64,000 nt of DNA from an uncultured Chthonomonadaceae bacterium (GTDB taxonomy: Bacteria > Armatimonadota > Chthonomonadetes > Chthonomonadales > Chthonomonadaceae). Positions 47,307 through 56,922 of the stretch are shown one piece after another; position 1 is the first letter of the stretch; each line of letters begins with the position of its first letter. The notes beneath the pieces were generated by a model, which made no database searches, had not been told where the DNA came from, and saw only the letters and a program-made list of their open reading frames with translations. Where the stretch lies: positions 416,001 to 480,000 of the forward strand of contig CAWIEK010000044.1 of assembly GCA_963835065.1 (NCBI GenBank), given 5' to 3'. The position numbers were made by a program, and so were the translations under genes.

Positions 47307-49616
47307 ATGGCTTATTCATCTTCCCCTGCGAACAACAACGAACACAATCCGCTACCCACGCCGCCTGAGCCGCGCGCTTCACAAAGACTGCGCCGTATGG
47401 GTGCGGAGATCGGCGTCCTGTTGTTGTGCCTGTTTCTGTTTTTCTGGCAGTTGGGCAATGCGCCCCTGCTCGATCTTGATGAAGCCCTATACGTGACTTG
47501 CGCGCAGCAAATGGTGGTTTCCGGCGATTGGGTCACGCCGCGCCTGAATACGCGCCAACCCGAACGTCCGGGCGTTACGGCCATCCCTTTTTTTGAAAAA
47601 CCTATTCTGGTGTACTGGGCGTCCGCCGGTTCCATGCGGTTGTTCGGACGCAATTTATGGGCCGCGCGCCTGCCCACCGCCCTGGCTTCCCTGCTCACAA
47701 CGCTTGCGATTGTCGTTTTTGGCCGCCGTTGGTTCACGCGCCGCGCCGGGTTGCTTGCCGGCCTTGTGTACGCCACCGCGCCCATGACGCTTGTTGACGC
47801 CCGCCAGATGACAACCGACGCCCTGCTCGTCCTCTGGTTCACCATCGCGCTCTTTTGTTTCTGGCATATTCAGGCACAAGATAAAAGAGTTAAGATAAAA
47901 GATATAAGTGAGGAGATGAAAAATGCGCGTACCAGGTCACAAGCCGATCAGTTACCAACGGACAACTCCTATCTAATATCTAATATCTTATATCTTATAT
48001 CTTGTGCCTTCTTCTGGCTGATGTGCGCCCTGTCCGTGCTGACCAAAGGGATTGTCGGGCTGTTGCTGCCGTTGCTGATTATCGGCGTGTACGCGCTGCT
48101 TGATCGCGTTTTGCTGCGGGTACGGCTGAAAACTCCGCTCGGTCCGCGCCTGCGGTTTGCCCTGAAGCTGCGCCCGCCAACGGCAGTATGGGTACAATTC
48201 AAGCGCCTGCGCCCCGTACTCGGCCTGCTGCTGTTTCTGGCGGTTGCCGCGCCCTGGCATTTGCGCATTGTGGGCAGCCCGGAACGAGACGCGCAGGGAC
48301 GCACCTGGGTCATGGAATACATTCAGCGCCAGCACATCGGGCGCTTTAAGGGTCTGGACACCGTTCACAACCAACCCCTGCCCACTTATTTCGTCTATTT
48401 CCTCCTGTTCTTCTTCCCCTGGGCCGGTTTCGCCCCGGCTGCGTTTCGCCTGTCTAGGGAAGAAAAGGAGAAGAGGAGAAAAGGAGAAAAGGAGACAGAA
48501 GAGGAGGGAAAAGGGAACAGGGAACAGGGAACAGAAAAGAAGGCAGAAGACAGAAGACAGAAGACAGAAGACGAGGCTGCCCTATCAACTATCAACTATC
48601 AACTATCAACTCCTACCCCCTCAACCTTCCTCCTCGTCTGGTTCTGGACATTGTTTGTGTTCTTCAGTATAGGCGCGGCCAAATTGCCGACGTATATTGC
48701 GCCCGCTTACCCGGCGGCGGCATTGCTGACGGGGCGTTGGCTGGACAGTGTTTTATTTGCAATGTCGCAGAACGAACGGGGGCAAGATGAAATCGGCATT
48801 GCAAGAGCGAGTGCGGGATATTCGGTGGCTGCGGCGCGGCGCGTTGTGCGCGTTGGGCATCGGGTTGCTGCTGCTGTGCATCCTGCCGTTTGCGCCGCGT
48901 TTTGCGCCGCCCCAAGCGCCACTGCCGGTCGGTGTCGTGCCCCTCGCATGGCATCTCGCCCTGACGCTGACATTGGGAAGCGCCATCGCCTGGTTCTGCT
49001 TTCGTGGGATAAGCGTTGAGCGTCAAGCGTTGAGCGTTGAGCAGGAAGCGTTAAGCATTGAGCGTCAAGCGTCAAGCATTCGGAGTGAACTGCCAACCGC
49101 CAACACCAACCAACAATTACCAATCACCAATCGAAAATCGGAGTTGGCGCTCTGGTCGCTATGATGACCGTTGTGGTTGGAATTTTGGGCGGGGAAGGCT
49201 ATGGGGTTTTACATAGCAGCGTGTTGGGGCCGTATCAGGAAGTGGCGGCTGCCGCGTGCCTGGATGCCACTCAGGGCATCCCGGTGGTGTATTACAACGT
49301 GGTTCCGCGCCGTCCAAGCATGAACTTTTATGCGGGATATGCTCCTTTTGAACACAAGGAGGTTCCCCTGCTGCCGTTTTTGGCGCGTTGTCTGCCGCCG
49401 GGAAGACGCACTGCGGATGTGGTTCTCACGCAGGATGCGTATACGCGCCTGCTGACGCCGGAAATCAAAGCCACACCGGGCGCGTCCCTGCAATTGCTAT
49501 TGCGGCGTGGTCCGAACGGCGAGTGGGTCTTGGCGCGGGTGTCTTTGTCCGCAAACTACAATCCGCCACACGACAATCCTCCAAACGATAATCTTCCGGC
49601 GGCAATATCGCCATAG
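47307..49616 (+). CDS. ArnT/GT39-like glycosyltransferase with three in-frame repeat insertions (frameshifts near 48780 and 49160)
   Basis: Motifs DEALY, FEKPIL.YW, AARLP, LTKG and AKLPTYI.PAYP. Many TM helices across three consecutive frames. Confidence 0.8.
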
Positions 49617-49726
49617 CATCCTTCAAGGCAACGCCTGTAGATACGTTGTAGGGGTTCCGCTTGCTGAACCCTCCTCCGCTTGCTGAACCCGCCTCCTATT
49701 ATTCTGAGAAAAAGTTTGCGTTGCCC

Positions 49727-49755
49727 TTGACTATTCTCAAAAATGGGAATATAAT
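49727..49755 (+). promoter_or_regulatory. Sigma70 promoter with a palindromic operator in the spacer
   Basis: TTGACT-17 nt-TATAAT. ATTCTCA-AAAA-TGGGAAT is a near-palindrome. Confidence 0.75.
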
Positions 49756-49797
49756 CAGTAGTGAGATTAAAGTGATGTGGAAAGGAGGTATTCGCCA

Positions 49798-50352
49798 TTG
49801 ACAGCATCCGATTCCGATACGCCTGGTTCCCACACCAAAGCGGCTGATCTGCTGCATCCCGCGCGTATGCGTATTTTGATGACGCTGACCGGGCGGGAAA
49901 TGACGCCGCAGCAAATGGGAAATTGCCTGCCGGATGTGCCCAAAGCCTCGCTTTATCGGCACCTTCAAGTGTTGCTGGCGCTCGGCGTCGTCCGCATTGT
50001 CAAAGAAACGCCTGTACGCGGCACTCTGGAAAAAGTGTATGCCGTCGAGGAGCATAACGCAAGCCTGACGGCTCAGGAATTGGCGGACGAGACGCCGGAA
50101 GCGAACTTCCGCTACTTCGCGGCCTATGTCGCGTCACTGCTGGCGCAGTTCCGCAACTACACCGAACATAATCCCGCGCATCTGAGGCCGGGGGATTTCG
50201 CGTATAACACGTCTCCCTATCATCTGACGGACGAAGAGTTTGGGCAGATGGCGGAAGAGTTGAGCGTCGTTCTGCGGAAGTGGCTGGCGCTTCCGCCCGA
50301 AGAAGGCCGCAAAAGACGCTTGCTGAGTCTGGTTGTAATGCCGGGCGAGTAG
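49798..50352 (+). CDS. ArsR-like winged-HTH regulator
   Basis: Motifs LLHPARMRIL, SLYRHL and RGTLEKVY. TTG start after AGGAGG. Confidence 0.85.
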   Translation: MTASDSDTPGSHTKAADLLHPARMRILMTLTGREMTPQQMGNCLPDVPKASLYRHLQVLLALGVVRIVKETPVRGTLEKVYAVEEHNASLTAQELADETPEANFRYFAAYVASLLAQFRNYTEHNPAHLRPGDFAYNTSPYHLTDEEFGQMAEELSVVLRKWLALPPEEGRKRRLLSLVVMPGE

Positions 50353-50426
50353 GCATTGAACACTGCTCACTACCAGGACACTAAGAACACCAGGCAACAC
50401 GAGAAGAAAGACGAGGACATGCACAC

Positions 50427-52889
50427 ATGGAATTTTTACGTATCATGCGCGGCGCGAAGACTCTGCTGCCGCTTTGCCTACTTGCCCTGCCCGACGTTGG
50501 CGCACAGGCAATGGACAAGATTGCGCCCGACGCAGGCAAGTTTATCGTGACATATCAGGAAAACGAGATTATCACGGAAACCTTCAAGAGTGATGCGGAC
50601 GGCGGTTCTGAAACAGAAGCGGAAGCCAAATCGGGCGGCGTCACGCAGAAGTTTCATATCTCCTTGAAGGCCAGGCAGGGGCGCGTGTCGAAGATTGTTA
50701 CGGAAGCCAAACCGGGCGGGAAATTCACGCTGGAGGTCAACGGCGCGATTGGCAAATTGACAACCGATCTTGCGCCCAAAGCAAAGGAGGTGAAACTGCC
50801 CGCCAACCTTTACCCGTTTGCCACTATCGCCGCGCCGCATTTACTCGCCAATGTCGTGGCCGCGTATGACAAGGGCAAGGGTGGCGCGCAGACATTCGAT
50901 TTCGTGTACGCCAATGTACTCGGCCCGCAGGGAGTAATTCAGGGCAAACTGACGCTCACCAGCCAGGGAGCCAAACCCCGGCAGATTGGCGGCAAAACCG
51001 TGCCTGTTGTCCGCTACGTTGTCGGCCTGCCCACCCCTGTCGGCGAACAGGAAATGGAACTGGCGACGGACACGAATGGGCGCGTACTGATGTTAAGCAT
51101 GGCGACGCAAAAGATATATGCCGCGCGAGACGGCTATCAGGAACTGACGCAGCCCGATACGCCCACCGACCCGACGCTTTCCAAACCCACGCACGAAGTA
51201 AAAAAAGAAACCGTCAAGATCGCCATGCGCGATGGGGTGAAACTGACGGCAGACGTGTATCGTCCTGCTGAAGACGGCAAATACCCCGTGATTTTGCAGC
51301 GCTCGTGCTACGGGCGGACCAAAGCGCTGGAAGCCACGAGTTACGCCAAACGCGGTTATGTGTTCGTGTCGCAGGATGTGCGCGGCAAGTTCGATTCCGA
51401 AGGCGCGTGGAAGCCGTTCGTCAACGAAGCCCGTGACGGCTATGATTCCGTGGAGTGGTGCGCTTCGCAGCCCTGGTCAACGGGGAATGTCGGCATGATC
51501 GGCGGATCGTACCTGGGGTTTGTGCAATGGGCAGCCGCCCGTGAAAACCCGCCGCACCTCAAATGCCTGATCCCCATTGTGTCGCCGCCCGACCCGTTTT
51601 TCAACGTTCCCTACGCTTTCGGCGCGTTCCTGCTGCAATCCGATACGTGGTGGACGGCGATTGTGGAGGGCAAGGGCATGAACAGCATACCCACCTACAG
51701 CAGTCTCGCGCCGTTCAAAACCCTGCCCGTTTCCGATGTGGACAAAGCCGTGTTCGGACACCACGTTGACTTTTTCCAGGAGTGGCTGCGGCATCCCACC
51801 AATGACGCTTACTGGCAGCAGGTGAATTTCAATGACCGCATGAAAACCATGCCGGATATTCCCGCCCTGCATGTTTCGGGCTGGTTCGATGGCGACGGCA
51901 TCGGCACGAAACGCAATTATGCGGCGATGGCGGCGGCGCACCCCAATCAGCGCTTGATTTACGGCCCCTGGTCCCACGCGGTCAACACAAGCACCAAAAT
52001 CGGGACGTTGAACTTCGGACCGCAGTCCGCGCGCGATCTGGACACGCTATACCTGCGCTGGTTCGACCACTGGCTCAAGGGCGTAGACAACGGCGTGGAC
52101 AGGGAAAAGCCGGTGGAAGCGTTTCTCATGGGACACAACGAGTGGCGGCAGTTTACCGCCTGGCCGCCCAAAGAAGCGACCGAAACACGCTGGTACTTCC
52201 ACTCGGCAGGCCACGCCAATGCCGACAAAAGCGACGGCAAATTGTCCCTGAGCAAGCCTTCCGCAGAGGAAAAGCCCGATCATTTCACTTATGACCCCGC
52301 CCACCCCTACATCCCCGGCGACGAGGAAACAGCCGTTAAGGCAGACGCAAACGCTAAAAACGTCAAGAACATTCAAAACGCCAAAACCAGCCAAAAGGAC
52401 AGTACCACCCGAAAGGATGAAGCCACAACGGGAGATAGTGACGCGCACATTCTGACGTACACAACCGATGCGCTTGAAAAGGAAGTGATCGTCGCCGGGC
52501 CGATTGAGGTACATCTCGCCGCTTCCACTTCCGCCAGAGATACGGACTGGTTCGCCATGCTCCAGGACATCGGGCCGGACGGCAAGGCGCTGAACTTATG
52601 CCAGGGCATTATTCGCGCCCGCTTCCGCAATGGCTTCGAAAAGGCCGTGCTGCTCACTCCCGGTGAAATCGCGGATTACACCCTTGACCTGTGGGCCTTG
52701 GGTAACGTGTTCCAAAAAGGACACAAAATCCGGGTGATTGCCAGTTCGTCCTGCTTCCCGCTCTATGACCGCAATCTCAACACGGGCGACAACAATGGCA
52801 CAACAACGAAAATGGTCATCGCCCATCAAACCGTTCTGCACGACGACGCGCATTTGTCGTACCTGTCGCTGCCGACGCTGGCAGAGTAG
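50427..52889 (+). CDS. Secreted CocE/NonD-family (S15) hydrolase with an extra N-terminal domain
   Basis: Motifs MRDGVKL, QDVRG, GGSYLG, GWFD, GPWSH and DRNLNTG. Confidence 0.9.
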   Translation: MEFLRIMRGAKTLLPLCLLALPDVGAQAMDKIAPDAGKFIVTYQENEIITETFKSDADGGSETEAEAKSGGVTQKFHISLKARQGRVSKIVTEAKPGGKFTLEVNGAIGKLTTDLAPKAKEVKLPANLYPFATIAAPHLLANVVAAYDKGKGGAQTFDFVYANVLGPQGVIQGKLTLTSQGAKPRQIGGKTVPVVRYVVGLPTPVGEQEMELATDTNGRVLMLSMATQKIYAARDGYQELTQPDTPTDPTLSKPTHEVKKETVKIAMRDGVKLTADVYRPAEDGKYPVILQRSCYGRTKALEATSYAKRGYVFVSQDVRGKFDSEGAWKPFVNEARDGYDSVEWCASQPWSTGNVGMIGGSYLGFVQWAAARENPPHLKCLIPIVSPPDPFFNVPYAFGAFLLQSDTWWTAIVEGKGMNSIPTYSSLAPFKTLPVSDVDKAVFGHHVDFFQEWLRHPTNDAYWQQVNFNDRMKTMPDIPALHVSGWFDGDGIGTKRNYAAMAAAHPNQRLIYGPWSHAVNTSTKIGTLNFGPQSARDLDTLYLRWFDHWLKGVDNGVDREKPVEAFLMGHNEWRQFTAWPPKEATETRWYFHSAGHANADKSDGKLSLSKPSAEEKPDHFTYDPAHPYIPGDEETAVKADANAKNVKNIQNAKTSQKDSTTRKDEATTGDSDAHILTYTTDALEKEVIVAGPIEVHLAASTSARDTDWFAMLQDIGPDGKALNLCQGIIRARFRNGFEKAVLLTPGEIADYTLDLWALGNVFQKGHKIRVIASSSCFPLYDRNLNTGDNNGTTTKMVIAHQTVLHDDAHLSYLSLPTLAE

Positions 52890-53013
52890 GGAGTAGAGGG
52901 TAGGGAGTGGGGAGTAGGGAAATACGCTGTCTGCCACTTTCCTGCTGCATAAGAGAAGTAGCCACAGGCTTTTCCTACTCCCCACTCCCTACCCTCTACT
53001 CCCTACCCCTACT
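52885..53013. repeat. Inverted GGGAGTA/TACTCCC heptamer arrays
   Basis: The arms mirror each other including variant units. The left arm begins at the CocE TAG stop. Confidence 0.93.
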
Positions 53014-53172
53014 TCCGGGAACATCTTCAAGCGAGCAACGTCTATGTAGCGGCGCAAGTGGAGGCCGTTACTCTCATTTTGGAACAAATTCAACCTCTGC
53101 AAGGACCCTTTCCAGACGACAGAGCCATCGGCAACAGGCTTCGGGAAGACAGCAGAAGGGGAGAACAAGGTT

Positions 53173-53691
53173 ATGATGACGATGTTGGACAAGAAGCGCG
53201 CGTATCGCCCGACCGCGCTGCTGGTGGCGGCTTCAATGGCGTTCCCGGTCTGTTTTATGGGCTGTGGCGGCAAGGGCGGGGGCAACAATGCAAGCGTCCC
53301 GCCGCCTGTAGATGATACGCGCAGCGCCGGCGGCAGAATGGCTCCCCCCTCTTCCACGATGTCTCCGCAGCAGCCCAAACAAGGCATGTCTACCGGCAAG
53401 AAGGCCGTGATTGTTCTGGCAGGCGCGGCGCTGCTGTACTACCTTTACAAGCATCACGAAAAAGCCAAAGAAATGGCGCAGGGCAAGGAAGTCCAGTATT
53501 ACCAGTCCAAGAACGGTCGTATCTACTACCGTGACCCGCAGACGCATCAGGCGCACTGGGTAACGCCGCCCTCCGTGGAACTGTCCGATCAGGAAGCCCA
53601 GGAGATGAGCCGGTACAAAGGCTATAACAACAGCACGACCGGGGAAGATTACGCGGGCGCAGCCCAGGATAATGGAGCGGAACCGCAATAG
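53173..53691 (+). CDS. Hypothetical lipoprotein with a TM helix
   Basis: Lipobox-like FMGC, LAGAALLYYLY and YYQSKNGRIYYRD. Confidence 0.7.
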   Translation: MMTMLDKKRAYRPTALLVAASMAFPVCFMGCGGKGGGNNASVPPPVDDTRSAGGRMAPPSSTMSPQQPKQGMSTGKKAVIVLAGAALLYYLYKHHEKAKEMAQGKEVQYYQSKNGRIYYRDPQTHQAHWVTPPSVELSDQEAQEMSRYKGYNNSTTGEDYAGAAQDNGAEPQ

Positions 53692-53771
53692 ACTAAAAGC
53701 CATTCTCGCCGTAAGCAATTTATGCGGGAATGAAGGCGAACGATTTGCAGGTTGGAAGGAGAGTTGAACGC

Positions 53772-54092
53772 ATGGGATTAGACGCTTTGTTGCAGCAGGT
53801 GAAAAACGCTGTCTTCAACGATAGCCAGACACAATATCAGCAGGGTGACACGCACGGGCTTATCGGGCAGCTTGAAGGGCTGTTCGCCAGCCATCAGCAG
53901 AATCAGGCGCAAAGCCAGCCGTCCGGCATGGACCCCTACGGCGGCGTACCCAACGAAGCGGGCCGCTTCCCGAATGTCCGCCCCGCCAGCGAAGACCAGT
54001 ACGGCGATCCCGCCGACCAGCAGGCCGGACGCTTCAACAACGTCCGCCCCGCCAGCGAAGACCCGTATGGCGACCCTGCCGACCAGAGATAA
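53772..54092 (+). CDS. Small hypothetical protein with tandem NVRPASED.YGDPADQ repeats
   Basis: AGGAG RBS and two 22-aa repeats. Confidence 0.75.
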   Translation: MGLDALLQQVKNAVFNDSQTQYQQGDTHGLIGQLEGLFASHQQNQAQSQPSGMDPYGGVPNEAGRFPNVRPASEDQYGDPADQQAGRFNNVRPASEDPYGDPADQR

Positions 54093-54099
54093 GATAATT

Positions 54100-54293
54100 A
54101 ACCACCCGCCTGCGGCTAGAGACACAGAGGCACAGAGGAAAAGCCAATACGAGAAAAGACAAAGAGATCAAGGAGAGGAAAAGGAACCGCAAAGAGGCAA
54201 AGCAGGCAAAGTGGTTTATTCTCTTCTCTTCTTCTTTTCTTCCTCTGTGTTCCCTCTCTGTGTCTCTGTGTCTCTAGCCGCAGGCGGGTGGTT
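54100..54293. repeat. Long CACAGAG-family inverted repeat between convergent genes
   Basis: Arms of about 38 nt with one mismatch. Both arms contain CCGCCTGCGGCT. Confidence 0.93.
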
Positions 54294-55757
54294 TATTCAT
54301 CTATGCCGGGAACGGGGAAGGCTCCACTGGCGCAAACGTCACGGACTTCGCTGCGGATTTGTTTCAGGACGGCAGGATCGAAGCGGTATTCGATGCCGCC
54401 TTTTTCTTTGCCGGCGAGGTAAGTGCCGTTGGGCGTGTGCGCTTGGGCGACGCGATCCATCCAGTCGGCGATTTGAACCATTTGCGGTTCCTTAAAGCCG
54501 CGCGTGGTGACGGCGGGTGTCCCGATGCGCAGGCCGGACGGAGAAAACGGCTTGCGCGGGTCGTTGGGAACCGCGTTGAAGTTGGTTTCCAGACCGGCCT
54601 GATACAGCGCGTGGGCATAGGGCTTGCCGGGAATGTGGCGGGACTTCATCACGTCCACCAGAATCAAGTGGTTGTCCGTGCCGCCTGTTACGAGTGAAAA
54701 ACCCCGTTCCAGCAAAGCCTGCGCAAGCGCTTTGGCATTGGCGACGATTTGAGCGGCGTACTGCCGGAACTCGATTGTGGACGCTTCCTTGAAGCACACG
54801 GCAAGCGCGGCGATGGTGTTGTTGTGCGGGCCGCCTTGCAGCGCGGGAATAATGGCTTTATCAATGCGATCCGGCAGGGTTTGGTCGGGGTTGTCCTTCA
54901 TCGGGCGGTTTTTGCACAGGATGAAGCCGCCGCGCGGCCCGCGAATGGCTTTGTGACTGGTGGACGTGACCACATCCGCATAAGGAACCGGGTCAGGATG
55001 GACGCCACCGACAATCAGGGCGTTGATGTGCGCAATGTCGGCAATCAGGTACGCGCCAACCGCGTCGGCGATTTCGCGGAAGCGGGCAAAGTCCCACTCG
55101 CGCGGATAGGCCGTACCGCCCGCAAAAATCACGTTCGGACGCTCCCGCAGGGCAATCGCCATCAATTCGTCATAATCCAGCATTTGCGTATCGGGGTTCA
55201 TGCCCGTCACGCCCTGCTCGACATGGTAGCCATACGCGATGGACTGGTAGTACGTGCCGCTGAAGTTCAGGTTGTAGCCGTGCGTCAGGTGTCCGCCGCT
55301 TTGCAGGTGCATCCCCATGATCTTTTCGCCCGGTTTCATCAGCGCGAAACACGCGGCAAGGTTGGCGGGCGAGCCGCTGTACGGCTGCACGTTGGCATGG
55401 TCGGCCCCGAACAGTTTTTTGGCGCGTTCTCGTGCCAGATTCCTCGATTTGATCTACCAGTTCGTTGCCTTCGTAATAGCGCTTGCCGGGATAGCCTTCC
55501 GAATACTTGTTGGCGAACACGGTCGCCATCGCCTGCATAACAGCGGACGAAGTATAATTTTCGGAGGGGATCAGGCGTATGTATTCCGTTTGGCGGCGCG
55601 TTTCCGCAACCGTGATGTCGTACACTTCCGGGTCAATCGCCCGCAGTTTGTCGAAATTGGAAGCGGCGGACACAAACGGCGCGTCGTCCAGCATGGCTTC
55701 TAAGGAGGTGACTCCTCTGGAAGCGGTTTGAGGCTCCAGCATATCTATGGGCGGCAT
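54293..55757 (-). CDS. glyA: Serine hydroxymethyltransferase (+1 frameshift near 55442)
   Basis: Motifs [49 protein letters not shown] and SGLRIGT. Confidence 0.95.
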
Positions 55758-55917
55758 GGCAAAAAGGCTCCTGTTCAGGGTGGGTGTTCGGTGTTCGGTA
55801 TTCGGGTGTTCAGGTATTCGGTATTGGGCTTTTGACTAATATCTAATGCCTAATATCTTCTTATCCCTTATAGTATAGGTTGCGGAGCGGGGGAAAGTCA
55901 ACCAGGAATTGACACGT

Positions 55918-55955
55918 AAGGCCGGAAAAGAAACAACGGTTTCTTTTCCGGCCTT
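55918..55955. terminator. Hairpin downstream of the DUF1232-like gene
   Basis: AAGGCCGGAAAAGAAAC pairs with GTTTCTTTTCCGGCCTT. Confidence 0.6.
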
Positions 55956-55996
55956 GATTGCGCGTGATACAATCACGCGCTTTAGAGACAAAACTG

Positions 55997-56491
55997 TCAG
56001 GAGCGGCGCGAACCGGCGTATAGAACCTGTGGCGCGGCAGGCGTTTGCGCAACGGTTTGTACGCGCTTGACAGTATTCGGGTCGTAACTTTCCACGTCAA
56101 GGGCGGTGTCGGCGGTATGGACAGGCTGCCCGGTGACACGCTCGGTGTAAATCGCGTCCACTAAGGCGTGGGGCGCGACATGCGCAATCAAGATCGCCAT
56201 CAGCAGCACGGGCAAGGCGACGAGTTCCAGGCCGTCAATGGCAAAATCCAATGGCAGCAGAATGGGAGCCAGGAAGGTGGCGACCGCTTCAATCGGCACC
56301 TGCAAGGCGACCAGTAAGACTACCAATCCGATGCCCATTCCGAGCGACAGCAGTTTCGCTTTGAACGGGATACGCCGATCCCGCAGCAGCGCGATACCGA
56401 ATTTTATATCAAGCGGGCTGCGCCCGGTTTTCGTGTTGATGGCCTTGTGAAAAGCGCGTTCGCCAAACAAACGCAGCATTAATCGTAACAT
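55997..56491 (-). CDS. Membrane protein, YkvA/DUF1232-like
   Basis: ALLRDRRIPFKAKLL followed by hydrophobic helices. Confidence 0.6.
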   Translation of the reverse strand: MLRLMLRLFGERAFHKAINTKTGRSPLDIKFGIALLRDRRIPFKAKLLSLGMGIGLVVLLVALQVPIEAVATFLAPILLPLDFAIDGLELVALPVLLMAILIAHVAPHALVDAIYTERVTGQPVHTADTALDVESYDPNTVKRVQTVAQTPAAPQVLYAGSRRS

Positions 56492-56922
56492 GGTTGGTTC
56501 CTCCGAATTTCGGCGGCTTTGGGTGCAAAAACAATTTGGATTGACCGCAGGAAACGCTCCGCTGATGCCCCGTTGTTGATATGGAGCGAACAACTGCCTG
56601 CGTTCCGTCGTCCAACAAACGGACGTGTCAGACCGGCAACACGTTTCAATATCTGGCTGCCTGTCCTCGCTTACGTCTGATGTATTGTACCAAACGCGGC
56701 GTTCATCGGCAAATATATTTATTCCCTTCCCCGTCTCGTAAATTTACTTGCGCCGCCTGCAGGAATAAAGCAGGAGACGCCCGCATCCTGCCGAATATAG
56801 GTAAACGCCTCGTTATTTCTACCGGCGCTTGTCGCCCGCTTTTCTCATGCATCCTTTCTCTATTCAGGACTGTTTGGCGAACAGCCCAGGGAGCAGAACT
56901 TGACACGCTGTAAACGTTCCTA

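Noticed and set aside
55430..55450. Programmed frameshifting in glyA, recJ or wecB
   Set aside because: There is no slippery heptamer or known precedent, and scattered single-base indels are better explained as sequencing error.
55757..55990. ZTP or glycine riboswitch upstream of glyA
   Set aside because: The region holds only short-period arrays and one hairpin, with no aptamer consensus.
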